DNA of 64,000 nucleotides, taken from the IMG/VR virus record IMGVR_UViG_3300025892_000010. The stretch is one strand, 5' to 3'. A program made the translations under genes and the position numbers. Positions 37,741 through 48,300 of the stretch are shown here, in pieces; within the stretch, counting starts at the first letter, position 1, and each line of letters begins with the position of its first letter. A model generated the notes under the pieces. The model was not told the origin of the DNA. It ran no database searches and was given only the letters and a program-made list of their open reading frames with translations. Source of the DNA: a virus.

Positions 37741-38417
37741 ATACATTTGAGTTATTAGAAACAAAAAGAAAACACGTTAGAAGATATAAAGATATTGTAC
37801 CTGATAAAGCAATAATTGATAAAGTATTATATAAAGCCTGGAAAACAACACCATCAAAAAATTCTTCTATGGCATATCAATGTTTAGTTTGGGGACCAGA
37901 TAAAAAACAAGAAAAAGAAAATATATGGAAAGTTGTTACCAAGTCTCATTACGAAGTTGAAAAAAGAGCTGTAAAAGAAGAACTTGCTGAAACAACTCAA
38001 AAAGGCGTTCCTAATCCTTATTACGAACACGTAAAATTTAATCCATACTTATTTACAATACACGCCAGATTATCAACACCAAATCCTTATTTTAAAAGAA
38101 AGATTAGAACAGGACATTTTTATGACCAAGGTCATATAGAATATATGGATAGAATTATTGACGCAACAGCTGTTGAAGTAGGATTGTTTGCTCAAAACCT
38201 AACTAATTATTTGTTAGAAGAAGGATTAGATATGTCTTACAATTCTTGTTTTAGAAGAGATATTAAAGAATGGCACAAAGTCGGACTTGATATGATAACT
38301 ACAAGATGTTATACTATGGTTAGTTGTGGATATGGCGAAAGATATAGAAGACAAGAAATAGGTGCTCATAATGAAGACCTTAAACCTGAACAAAAAGATA
38401 TAATAAAATGGATTTAA
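37737..38417 (+). CDS. Nitroreductase-fold (FMN-binding) protein 1
   Basis: LL..RKHVRRY...VP....I...L..AW..TPS.N, and later VG..AQNL....LEEGL. Confidence 0.7.
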   Translation: MNTFELLETKRKHVRRYKDIVPDKAIIDKVLYKAWKTTPSKNSSMAYQCLVWGPDKKQEKENIWKVVTKSHYEVEKRAVKEELAETTQKGVPNPYYEHVKFNPYLFTIHARLSTPNPYFKRKIRTGHFYDQGHIEYMDRIIDATAVEVGLFAQNLTNYLLEEGLDMSYNSCFRRDIKEWHKVGLDMITTRCYTMVSCGYGERYRRQEIGAHNEDLKPEQKDIIKWI

Positions 38418-38989
38418 CTTTATTTAAAAAAATAATGGCAGAGGCCAGACATAATAAAGACTTATTAGATTCAGTAAGTCCTAATCAATACAAGTCTAAA
38501 GAAAGATTAATTAAACACGTTGAAAATTTACAATTAGTTGACCAAAATAGTGATATTGTAATACTTGGTGGTTGGTATGGCAGTATATTAATACCTGCCT
38601 TTAAATATGTTAATAGAATTACACATATTGATTTAGATGATAAAGTTATAGGCATAGCAAAGAATAGATTATTTGACCACTATAAAAATGTTGACTTTAT
38701 TACTAGTGATGTATTTGATAAAAATAGAAAAGGTAGAATAGAAAACGCAAACTTAATTATTAATACATCTTGCGAACATATGCCCTCAATGAAAAAATTA
38801 AAACTTAACACTAAAGCCTACTTTGCGTATCAATCAAATAATATGTATGATATTGAAGGCCATATTAATTGTGTATCATCTATTGAAGAATTTAAACATC
38901 AATTGCCGGAAAATGCAAAGGTTATGGTAGAAGATAAAATTACAGATGAAAGAGGAACTAGATTTCTTCTAGTAGGTAAATATGAATAG
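38408..38989 (+). CDS. Class I SAM-dependent methyltransferase-like protein
   Basis: IVILGGWYG, IDLD, LIINTSCEHM. Confidence 0.7.
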   Translation: MDLTLFKKIMAEARHNKDLLDSVSPNQYKSKERLIKHVENLQLVDQNSDIVILGGWYGSILIPAFKYVNRITHIDLDDKVIGIAKNRLFDHYKNVDFITSDVFDKNRKGRIENANLIINTSCEHMPSMKKLKLNTKAYFAYQSNNMYDIEGHINCVSSIEEFKHQLPENAKVMVEDKITDERGTRFLLVGKYE

Positions 38990-39809
38990 ACTTATCTTTA
39001 GTTTATATGTTGAGGTGCCAGATGAGCAGTTTGTAGATAATGTTGAAACAAACTTAAACACCAAAAAACAAATGAGTGATAATTACAAAAAACTAATTGA
39101 TTGTAAAAGACATTACGCAAATAGTATTGGTGTTGATTTTATTATGGTAGAAAAATATAAAGACTATTATGATGAAATGAAAAGTAAATATCCTTTTCTT
39201 ACCACTTATAATATTATAAACTTTTACAAAATATACTTGTTGTATAAGTTTTCAGCAGAGTATGATGAGATATTATATCTTGACTTTGATGTTGTGCCTA
39301 ATACAAAAGAAAACTTTTTTGAAGTATGGGACTTATCTAAAGGTGTGGCTGTTTTAAACAATAATGACAAAGTATTAAGAATGAGTCAAATAACAGAAAA
39401 GACACAAACAATTAGAAGTCCTACGTCAAAGTATTATAACACTCAAGCAATGTTATTAGATATGGGTATGAAAACAGAAAATGATGTAATCAATACAGGC
39501 ATTATAGGTATCAATAAATCAAACTTATATAAATTAGCATACTTTAATCAGTTTGACCAAGATATGATAAAGATGACACAAATAAAATTTGATACGTCTG
39601 TCTTTCCTAAAAAGATTGTAGATTATTTTGGTTACGATAATGAAACTTTGTTTGGTGTTAAATTAAAACAAAATGATGTACCAGTACAATGGTTAGATAA
39701 TAAATGGCATTACTTCTTTGATAATTGGTTGTTTATACCTGAAGATACAAAATTAATTCACGCAATCAATAAAAGATTTGATATAGTTTGGAGAAATGTA
39801 AATGCTTAA
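38982..39809 (+). CDS. GT-A glycosyltransferase-like protein
   Basis: YDEILYLDFDV (DxD), INTGII, DNET.F, W.....H..NK. Confidence 0.75.
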   Translation: MNRLIFSLYVEVPDEQFVDNVETNLNTKKQMSDNYKKLIDCKRHYANSIGVDFIMVEKYKDYYDEMKSKYPFLTTYNIINFYKIYLLYKFSAEYDEILYLDFDVVPNTKENFFEVWDLSKGVAVLNNNDKVLRMSQITEKTQTIRSPTSKYYNTQAMLLDMGMKTENDVINTGIIGINKSNLYKLAYFNQFDQDMIKMTQIKFDTSVFPKKIVDYFGYDNETLFGVKLKQNDVPVQWLDNKWHYFFDNWLFIPEDTKLIHAINKRFDIVWRNVNA

Positions 39810-40539
39810 GATATGTACCGTATATTTTGATGGCATTTATACACCAGACTATGTAAGTAAATTATATAGAAGTTTAAAAAGAAATAGTACAATACCTTTT
39901 GAGTTTATATGTTTAAGTGATACAGACGTTGAAGCCGATTTAGTATTACCTTTAAAACATAACTCAATCAAAAAACATTGGCATAAATTAAAATTTTTTA
40001 GCCCTCAATTTGCTTATCAACAACCAGATGATGATATAATAGTTATGGATATAGACCAAGTCATTGTTGGAAATGTAGATGATTTATTAAATTATCCTGT
40101 ACATACTAATGAACTTATTAGTTATGATTCTTGGTGGGATAAAGATTTAAAAATTAATGGCAGTTTTTACAAATTTAAATCAGGTAGATTAAAGTTTGTA
40201 TGGGATAGATTTATAAGTAATCCTGAATATTGGCAACTATTTTATTATAATCAAGGTATTGTTCATAAAAAATATTATGGCGAACAAAACTATGTTTATC
40301 AATGTATGTTAGATTATAATGTAGAAGTAACCACAACTCCTGGTAGTTGGTTGGGATTGTATGATAATGATTATAAAAAAAATTTAAACCTACAAAAAGT
40401 TTATTGTAAGTATTTTAATACCGACTATATGATAATGGGAGATACACATAAAAATTTAAAGGTTGTTAACTTTGCAGGACCTGGTAAAACTATACACGAA
40501 AACAATGAACAATGGATAAGGGAGAATTGGTATGAGTGA
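39802..40539 (+). CDS. GT-A glycosyltransferase-like protein
   Basis: Y...YV.KLY..LKRN, FICLSD, W.KL.FF, MDID, NGS, GEQ. Confidence 0.75.
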   Translation: MLKICTVYFDGIYTPDYVSKLYRSLKRNSTIPFEFICLSDTDVEADLVLPLKHNSIKKHWHKLKFFSPQFAYQQPDDDIIVMDIDQVIVGNVDDLLNYPVHTNELISYDSWWDKDLKINGSFYKFKSGRLKFVWDRFISNPEYWQLFYYNQGIVHKKYYGEQNYVYQCMLDYNVEVTTTPGSWLGLYDNDYKKNLNLQKVYCKYFNTDYMIMGDTHKNLKVVNFAGPGKTIHENNEQWIRENWYE

Positions 40540-41422
40540 ACGAGAAGAAAAAACTAAAAAAATACTAGGTATGTTCTATGATTGGGACAAAGAAAGAGAA
40601 GTATTGTCAACAATACAAAAATGCCAAAGAAACTTTGACCATAAAAAATTTAATCCTAGAATTGACACTAATGAAGAAATGATTAAAGAGCTTTTATATA
40701 TTGCTCAAAATTCGCCTAGTAAACAACACGAAGGATATTATGATGTTTATTGGACAGCTGATAGAAACACAATACAAGAAATATCCAGATATACTTGGGG
40801 CAATACTCATAGAAGAAATCCACCATCAAACTGGAGAAACTCACAAGCAAATGCCAGCATTTATATAATTTATGTTGCAAAAGAACCAGATACACAACTC
40901 AATGCTAATGCTGACGGTACACTAAAACTAAACACTCATCCTGAAAGATGGCACAATGCTTATATTAGTATTGGTATATCAATGGGTTTAGTTATGAGAG
41001 CAGCTGCTAAAATGGGTTTTTCAACTGGTTGTAATAAAAATATGAATGATTTAGATGGCAATGATTATTGGGAAAAGAAATTAGATATACTTGAAGATGT
41101 AAAAGCTGGTAAAAAGAAATTAGCATATGGTATTGGTATAGGTTATCCTAATGAAAAATTAGAACGTTGGGAGTCCGAAGAAACTGAAATAATGATAGGC
41201 GCAGCTAATGGTAGTAAAATAAGTTTAACAGACCAAGAAATTAGTCCTAGTCAGATTAAAGGTGGTATGAAAATGAGAAAAGCAAAAATTGTAGATATAA
41301 AAGAAAATGCTGGAAAATCATTACAAGACCCATATGGTAATACTCATATAATACCTGACAAAGCAGAATTTAAAATTAATTCATTTAGAAATAGAAACAT
41401 TAAGGTTACTGAAATTAAATGA
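40532..41422 (+). CDS. Nitroreductase-fold protein 2
   Basis: QKCQRNFD, LL..AQNSPSKQ, IGISMG....AAA.MG.STGC, IGIGYP. Confidence 0.7.
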   Translation: MSEREEKTKKILGMFYDWDKEREVLSTIQKCQRNFDHKKFNPRIDTNEEMIKELLYIAQNSPSKQHEGYYDVYWTADRNTIQEISRYTWGNTHRRNPPSNWRNSQANASIYIIYVAKEPDTQLNANADGTLKLNTHPERWHNAYISIGISMGLVMRAAAKMGFSTGCNKNMNDLDGNDYWEKKLDILEDVKAGKKKLAYGIGIGYPNEKLERWESEETEIMIGAANGSKISLTDQEISPSQIKGGMKMRKAKIVDIKENAGKSLQDPYGNTHIIPDKAEFKINSFRNRNIKVTEIK

Positions 41423-41994
41423 GAATAATATGTTGTAAGTTTGGTGATTACTACACCAATTGGCACGTTAAAAATTTAAAACATATGATTGATACTTATT
41501 CTGGTATCAAGTATGATGAGTTTGTTGTTGTGTCTTCCGATTTGTATGGTAATTGGTATAATAAACTTCAAATGTATGAGATATACAAAGACGGCCAAAA
41601 TTTATATTTTGATTTAGATGTAGTTATATATGATAAGTTACCAGACTTAACAAGAAAAAATTTTACTTTATTAGATGATAGTTGGTGGAGAGAACCAGCA
41701 CACACACCATTAAACTCGTCTGTCGTATCTTGGACAGGTGATGTATCTCATATATGGAAAAAATTTAAAAAGAATGATAAAGCATATTTAGAAAGATACA
41801 ATAAAGGTAGTGATGAGTTTTATTATCGTGAAATTAAATATGATACTTTTGATAAATTATGTCCTTCAATAAAAGACCACGTTTATAGTTTATCTCCACC
41901 ATCTGGTTTTAGTATGGTAACTTTAGGACAAATGCAACACCTTATGGAAAAAGGTTGGTTAGGTTGGTGGTCTAATTACTTTCTTGAACAATAG
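41419..41994 (+). CDS. GT-A glycosyltransferase-like protein (paralog of 39802-40539)
   Basis: CCKFG..Y...HV.NL, WYNKLQ, LYFDLDVVI, NSSVVSW, GSDEF. Confidence 0.75.
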   Translation: MRIICCKFGDYYTNWHVKNLKHMIDTYSGIKYDEFVVVSSDLYGNWYNKLQMYEIYKDGQNLYFDLDVVIYDKLPDLTRKNFTLLDDSWWREPAHTPLNSSVVSWTGDVSHIWKKFKKNDKAYLERYNKGSDEFYYREIKYDTFDKLCPSIKDHVYSLSPPSGFSMVTLGQMQHLMEKGWLGWWSNYFLEQ

Positions 41995-42469
41995 TTAAAG
42001 CATTTAACAAACAATCTGTTTTTGTTTTAGATTGTCTTAACTTTTTCTTTAACTCTTCATTTTTAGAATTTCTAATTTTTTCTACTTCAAATAATGCCAG
42101 TTTTAATGCAAACAAATGGTCTTCATTATCTGTTTCTTCAAAAATAGCTTTAACCATAGTAGGATAAAATTTGGTATCAAGTCTATTCATATCAAAGACC
42201 ATACCACTTTTCTTTGCAATTTTTATGGCTTCTTCTTCAAATAATTTACGTTCTTCTTTTTTCTGATTATAAGTTGATTCGTGTAAATCATCTAAACTCA
42301 TAACTTCTAATAATGCTTTACAATCAGGATGATTTTGGTCGTATTCAATAATAAAACTATGAGTTTCTTTAAAATCATTTGAAGAATATAATACTTCTAT
42401 AACGGTTCTTTCTTCATTGACAAAGTATGCTTTAATCAAGTGTTCTTTTAAATTTACTTCAGTTAACAT
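41972..42469 (-). CDS. Hypothetical protein
   Basis: 165-aa ORF overlapping the epimerase stop. Confidence 0.7.
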   Translation of the reverse strand: MLTEVNLKEHLIKAYFVNEERTVIEVLYSSNDFKETHSFIIEYDQNHPDCKALLEVMSLDDLHESTYNQKKEERKLFEEEAIKIAKKSGMVFDMNRLDTKFYPTMVKAIFEETDNEDHLFALKLALFEVEKIRNSKNEELKKKLRQSKTKTDCLLNALTIVQESN

Positions 42470-43190
42470 TTCTCATTTCCTTTATGTAGTTATATAAATT
42501 CACTTTAGGTTTCCACCCAAGACTATTTAGTGTATTTAAATCAGCTTGATTATCTAGTCTCTCATTTTCACCACCTAGTTTTTTATCACAATCTATTTTA
42601 AAGTAATCAATAATATCTACCAAGTTATGGCTGTGACCTGTTCCTACATCAATTACTCCTTTTACGTCATTTAACATTAATATGTCTATGGCGTCCATTA
42701 CATCATTGACGTGAATAAAATCTCTCTTATGATTTGTATTAATATATTGTACATCATTTTTTAAAATTTTAGGTATCAACATATTAGGTTTTGCATTAGG
42801 ACCATAAACGGTTGTAAATCTCATACCTAAACTATTTTCAGGGGCTATTTGTTCTATGCCATATTTACTCATTGCATAAGGATTACGCCAAGGCTCATAT
42901 GCTGTTGAAGAACTTGCATATAATATTTTAGTATCTTTAAAGAAATCAAATAATCTTTGACTAACAATTACATTTTGTTTCCAATAATCAGTAGGATTAT
43001 TCATACTATCTCTAACGCCTGATAGTCCGGCTAAATGTATTACTAACTCTACGTGATAATTTAACGGACAATCCATTAAATCATTACCAGATTTAATATC
43101 TAATTGAATTACGTTGTGATTAAGTTTTTTTAAATGTGTATGTAGGTTTTGACCTATGAAGCCATCACTACCAGTTAATAATATATTCAT
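42459..43190 (-). CDS. NAD-dependent epimerase/dehydratase (extended SDR)
   Basis: TGSDGFIG, IHLAG, YASSS, YAMSK (YxxxK), RF.TVYGP, RDFIHV.D. Confidence 0.93.
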   Translation of the reverse strand: MNILLTGSDGFIGQNLHTHLKKLNHNVIQLDIKSGNDLMDCPLNYHVELVIHLAGLSGVRDSMNNPTDYWKQNVIVSQRLFDFFKDTKILYASSSTAYEPWRNPYAMSKYGIEQIAPENSLGMRFTTVYGPNAKPNMLIPKILKNDVQYINTNHKRDFIHVNDVMDAIDILMLNDVKGVIDVGTGHSHNLVDIIDYFKIDCDKKLGGENERLDNQADLNTLNSLGWKPKVNLYNYIKEMRNVN

Positions 43191-43202
43191 TGTGTTTCAT
43201 AA

Positions 43203-44183
43203 TTAAGATGTTTTTTGTATCTTCAAAAAGTAAGAGTTGATTGTTGTTGGTGTTCCATTAGGAAACTCTTGAGCTCTGTAATCGTTAGCACTAACTTTAC
43301 GTGTTTGATAGTTACCAGAACCACCTGTCAATCTTGTATCTACCATACCTGAACCTTTATTAGTACCTGTGCCATTTATATTGTATCTAATTTTATAACC
43401 ACCTGAACTATTGATTGTTTCAATTTTCATTAATTCGTTTGCAATATTAATTACATTAGCTGATGTAAATTCTTGTATATCATTATCACCTCTTAAATAT
43501 AATGGCAATACAGAAAGACTAGGTGTTGACATTATGTTTTTCTTTAGATAATAATTATTAATTGTTGTAGGTTGGTCTCTTGTTTCACCAATACCACTTG
43601 CTGTGTAAGCAGCCAAGTTTGCTCTTGTATCTAAAAAAACTGGTGTTGATGAAACTAATTGTTGATTTGCACCTAATGATGATGTACTATCTATAAAATA
43701 TGTTCCTGCTTGTGTGCTTGTATTAGAACCTACAACTAATTCATCAATAACTGGTCTAACTAATGTATCTAAAACATCTCCGTGTGTCATAGCTTTTATA
43801 TCATTGTTATCATCAATATAACAAAAATATCTTTTACCATCATCTGTTGTTAAAGTTGGTGCTGTATCTACGGTTTGATTAATACGTGAATAGTTTACGT
43901 TAACTTGCGAAGGCTCTGGCGTAGAAGATTCTGGTGGAAATTCAGCAGCGCCATCATCACCGGATGTTCCATCACCTGCTCTTGTTACCATAGCGCCGGC
44001 CTGCATACGTGTATCTGTAATAGGTAATCCTGAAAGAGTACCACCTGAAGATACTACTGATAATGATATTGGACTTGCTTGTTGAAATTGATGTCTGAAT
44101 ACGTCTTTTAAAAGACCAAACATTGTGTCGTCCATTTGCTGGACGTTTCCATTATTTAAGTAAACTGGTCTTACTAATGCCAT
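43203..44183 (-). CDS. Virion structural protein
   Basis: 326 aa in the late operon; internal repeats P.Y......I..M and DTR. Confidence 0.65.
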   Translation of the reverse strand: MALVRPVYLNNGNVQQMDDTMFGLLKDVFRHQFQQASPISLSVVSSGGTLSGLPITDTRMQAGAMVTRAGDGTSGDDGAAEFPPESSTPEPSQVNVNYSRINQTVDTAPTLTTDDGKRYFCYIDDNNDIKAMTHGDVLDTLVRPVIDELVVGSNTSTQAGTYFIDSTSSLGANQQLVSSTPVFLDTRANLAAYTASGIGETRDQPTTINNYYLKKNIMSTPSLSVLPLYLRGDNDIQEFTSANVINIANELMKIETINSSGGYKIRYNINGTGTNKGSGMVDTRLTGGSGNYQTRKVSANDYRAQEFPNGTPTTINSYFLKIQKTS

Positions 44184-44195
44184 TATATATCTCCA

Positions 44196-45116
44196 TTATG
44201 CACCTGCACCATACAAAGTTTTCAATGCAACACCTGAACTATTGTATAATACCAAACTTGTACTATTATTTAGTTTAGCGGCCGTTACCGAACCGTCTGC
44301 TAAGTTTGTTGTGCCTACTTGACCTGTTGCACCAGTTAACATAACATCACCACCTGCGTCTGGAAAAGTTATAACTCTGTCTGATGTAGGGTCAGTTACC
44401 GTAATTGCTGTTTCGTTTGCGTCATCTGTTGCACCTTCAAAAATAATTAGTTTGTTTGGTGCTAATCTAATTGATGAACCAAAAGAAGTTTCGCCTGCAA
44501 GAGTATTAATATCTCCGTTTGAACCACCTATTTCTGTTCCGTTTACGGTAATTTTATTTGTACCACCAATTGATAAATTATCACTAATAGTTACCGTATT
44601 TGAGTTTGATGATTGAATTACGTTTCCTGAAATATTGATTGAACCTAAAGTTGCGTCACCACTTACGTTAATTGCGGCTGTAATAGAAACGGTACCACCA
44701 CTTATATCATCAATAGTATTTGTTTTTAGTGAGCCTGCAACGGTCATATTACCACTATTTGTTGTAGTGATATTACCACCAACTTGTAATGAACTTGAAA
44801 TTTGTACATCAGCTGGTAAACCTATAAGAACCGTATCAGTAGGTTGTACTTGAACGGTTGTCTGATTTGCTGTTCCTAAAAAGGTTAATTCTTGACCAGA
44901 ACCAACTAGTTGTCTTGTAGAAGTTGAGTCAACTACAAAAAAACCTTCAGCAGCCGATACGAAAGTAATCAATTCGTTCATTGCGCCAACAATACTTGTA
45001 GCTGATATTGAACTATCTAGGTTTGCAATATCACCAAAGTCTTGAGCAGCCAATGTATTAAATTGACTTCTTAAAGTCTCTAAACTATCAGTAGTATTAA
45101 TTTGTCTTATTGCCAT
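44196..45116 (-). CDS. Fibre-like structural protein
   Basis: N-terminus TTDSLE..R..FN; Gly/Ser/Thr-rich beta repeats; IIFEG.TDD.NET....DPT.DR.I..P module. Confidence 0.7.
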   Translation of the reverse strand: MAIRQINTTDSLETLRSQFNTLAAQDFGDIANLDSSISATSIVGAMNELITFVSAAEGFFVVDSTSTRQLVGSGQELTFLGTANQTTVQVQPTDTVLIGLPADVQISSSLQVGGNITTTNSGNMTVAGSLKTNTIDDISGGTVSITAAINVSGDATLGSINISGNVIQSSNSNTVTISDNLSIGGTNKITVNGTEIGGSNGDINTLAGETSFGSSIRLAPNKLIIFEGATDDANETAITVTDPTSDRVITFPDAGGDVMLTGATGQVGTTNLADGSVTAAKLNNSTSLVLYNSSGVALKTLYGAGA

Positions 45117-45340
45117 TATTTTTTAACCAATTCCGTAATTAAATTTTTAATTTCTTTTAATTCAGTCTTTAAAGTATTTATTTCTCTACAAGCACTCTTA
45201 ATCTGGTCAGCTTGACTCTTTCTTGATTCTCTTCTTGCCATATAAAGTTGATATTCACTAACGTTAGTATTTACAATCGCTTTACTATGTGCGTCTCTTA
45301 CTAAATTTGTATGTCCTTCAACTTTTAATTTATAGCTCAT
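45116..45340 (-). CDS. Small conserved hypothetical protein
   Basis: KVEGH.NLVRD..S.AI.N followed by a C-terminal coiled coil. Confidence 0.75.
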   Translation of the reverse strand: MSYKLKVEGHTNLVRDAHSKAIVNTNVSEYQLYMARRESRKSQADQIKSACREINTLKTELKEIKNLITELVKK

Positions 45341-48300
45341 TATACTGCCAACGCAATTGCTCTCATATCACTAATTTTTGGTGGATATGATGAATTCGTT
45401 CCTTTCATAACTATTTTAATTTGGAAAGAGTTAAACTCTAATATACCTGATTGACTATATTTGTATTCTTTGAAATCACCACTATTTTCAGATTTAGCAA
45501 CTGGCGTATCTTCTTCACCACTTACATTAAATGGAATCCAGTTTAAGTCGTCAAGTTTTCTTGTTTCTTCACCACCTGACACTCTGAAATATACCTCAAC
45601 TTCCGAAGTACCTCTTACAACACTTGTTAATCTAACGTCAAGTGATGTTGATAAATTTTCTAGTGAAATTGGTCTTGTACAATAGATAGCCGCTGAAGAT
45701 GAACCTGATGGTTCTGTATCTGCAACAAAATCAGGATGATTAGATGATGTTGGACTATTTAATCTGTTTTGTACGGTTACCGCACTAATTCTTGCTAAGT
45801 CAACAACAGGCGATAGTTTAGTATTACTTGATGTCAAACTTAATTGAGTGATTAATGACAAGGCACCATTTAATTCTTGTAATTCATTAACTCTTGAACA
45901 AACATATTGAGGTGATGTAAAGTAAATATTATCATTTGCAATTACAGAAAACTCATTTGCTGATGATGTTCTTGTAAATTCTGTTTCTGAACCGTGAACT
46001 GATTTACCAGTTGTAGGTCTTAATTTGTATGAAATACCTGTTTCAGGTAATGTCATTGTTTGAATACTTAAATTCAATAAGTCGTATGCTCTGTTTTGTG
46101 TTGCTGTTATAGCAGTACCACCAATATCGCCTGTAGCTGTAGCGTTTGTAGAACTTGGTGATTCAATTTCATAACTATCAAGAGTTATATTTGAAATTGA
46201 GTTATATGTTCCGTTAATGTCATCACTTGCTAAACCATTGTATGTACCTGAAGGCACACCTGCAATAATAACATTATTGATTGTGCCGTGCATACCGTGG
46301 TTTGGATGTGAAACTCTAATTTTTTTAAAACCTTGCGTTGTTCTTAAAGAATTAGTTTTTAATGTTCTTGATGGTAAGAAGTCATTACCTAATGTTAATT
46401 TACCTGTGTTTGCAATATCAAAATCTGCACGTTTAATTTTAAATTTAATATCTTCGTTTTGTTCAGCAGTCCAAGTAGAACCGTTTTGTGATTTGAACAT
46501 AACACCAGCATAAGGTTGTTGAGATATTGTTCTATTTGAATTAATTTGATTTTCACCAATTCTAGCAACCCAAGCATTGTAATCTTGCGAGTTAGCCAAT
46601 AGTACAAAAGAGTATTCAACATTTTCTTGAATATAAATTGGACTAGGAAAAGTAAACGTTGTAGCAACTGAACTATCAGCACTTGTATTTACTGAACTAG
46701 GATTTAAGGTTACTTCACCAAAAGGTAATATTGTAGTTGAAGGATAACCATTTACTACTTCTCTAATTTGCAATGTTATAGGAACATTAGCGTCTTTAGA
46801 TTGGAAGAAACAATCAAGTGATGTTATAAAAACTCCTCCTGGGTCATCAACCAAGAATGTTTGAGCAAGAGGATCCCACCAACCTACCTGTGTTGTAGTT
46901 GTTCGTGTTGATGTTCTTGCAATGTTTCTAGTTTCATTTACGTTTGTTCTAACAAGTCTTGGCTCTCTAGTAGATACAATAGTTTCTTGTACCGTATCTA
47001 AAGTACCTCTTGCTGTGTAATCTACTTCACCTGCTGTAGCTATTTGTGAATTTCTATCATCTGTTGATGAAGCTGTTAATCTGAATACTCTAGTACCTGT
47101 ACGCCATCTAGGATTTGAATCTACCGTTGGGTCAGGTATTGCAAAAGTACCTGATACTTCACCTTGAGCATTTGAAATAATATTTCCACCTAATGCACCA
47201 CCTGTAGGAGTGATGTATTGATTAACGTCTTGGTCATCAAAGAAACCGTATAATCTTGTATTAGGTTTAAATCTTTTTCCTGTAAAGTTAACCGTTCTAC
47301 TTCTAATGAAAGGAATAAATGCAACGTTAATAACTCTATCACCTAATGAATTTCTAACAACTTGAGGAACTAAAACACTTCTAATACCTGTTCTAGTTTG
47401 ATTAACTTGTTGTATAGTTGTAATCTCTTGTCTTTGTAATACTCTTCTTGGAGCACCTCTAACAAATGCTTGTTCTCTAATTTGACCACCAATATTTCTT
47501 CTAGCACCCTCTACTGGTTGTCCTGCCCACATATCTTGCCATTCATTCCAAACCGTTCCCATTTCTACTTGAGCAAGATTAGGATTACCTAAATTTTGTA
47601 CCATTGTATCAAAGGCGCCATTTTGGTTAACTAATAAATCTGGAGCTCTTTCTGTTTCTTTCCACTCATCTCCTGGTGGGTCAAGGTCAATTGAACCTAT
47701 CCAAGTAAATACGTTGAATGGGTTTACGTTAATAAATTTACTTGCAAAAGGTTGGTCAACAAGTGTTGTTTCTGTATAAGGCAATGTAATAATATCACCT
47801 GTCTTTTGATAATTTGAAGATACTCTATCTTGTTCAGTAATAAATGAACCATCAGAGAAACCTTTATCATCTGTTTCTCTTAATTGAATTGCGTCTTCCT
47901 TAAATGTAGGTCTTACTTGGCCATTTGACATATCCATAGAACATTTGTAATCTAAATTACCTACATCACCGATACCGTGGCCAGTAAAGTTATCTACAAC
48001 AAATCCGTTTTTAAATCTATCAAAACCATCTGCGTCTTGAATTTGTAATGATTGAGCATTTTGTTCTAGTAAAGATAGTTGAGTGTAGTATTCAACATTT
48101 TCAATTCTTTGTTCTAGTTTACCAATGTCTCTCATTGTATATCGTCTGTTATCTTGTCTTTCAATCTCAACACTTTCTGGTGTTAAAGTATAAGGCGATA
48201 ACAATAGTGTGTATAAATGCATACCACTATCTAAACCTTTTGGAACCTGTGGCTCTAATGAAGAAGCACCCTTAACAATTTTAAATGAACCGTCTTTATC

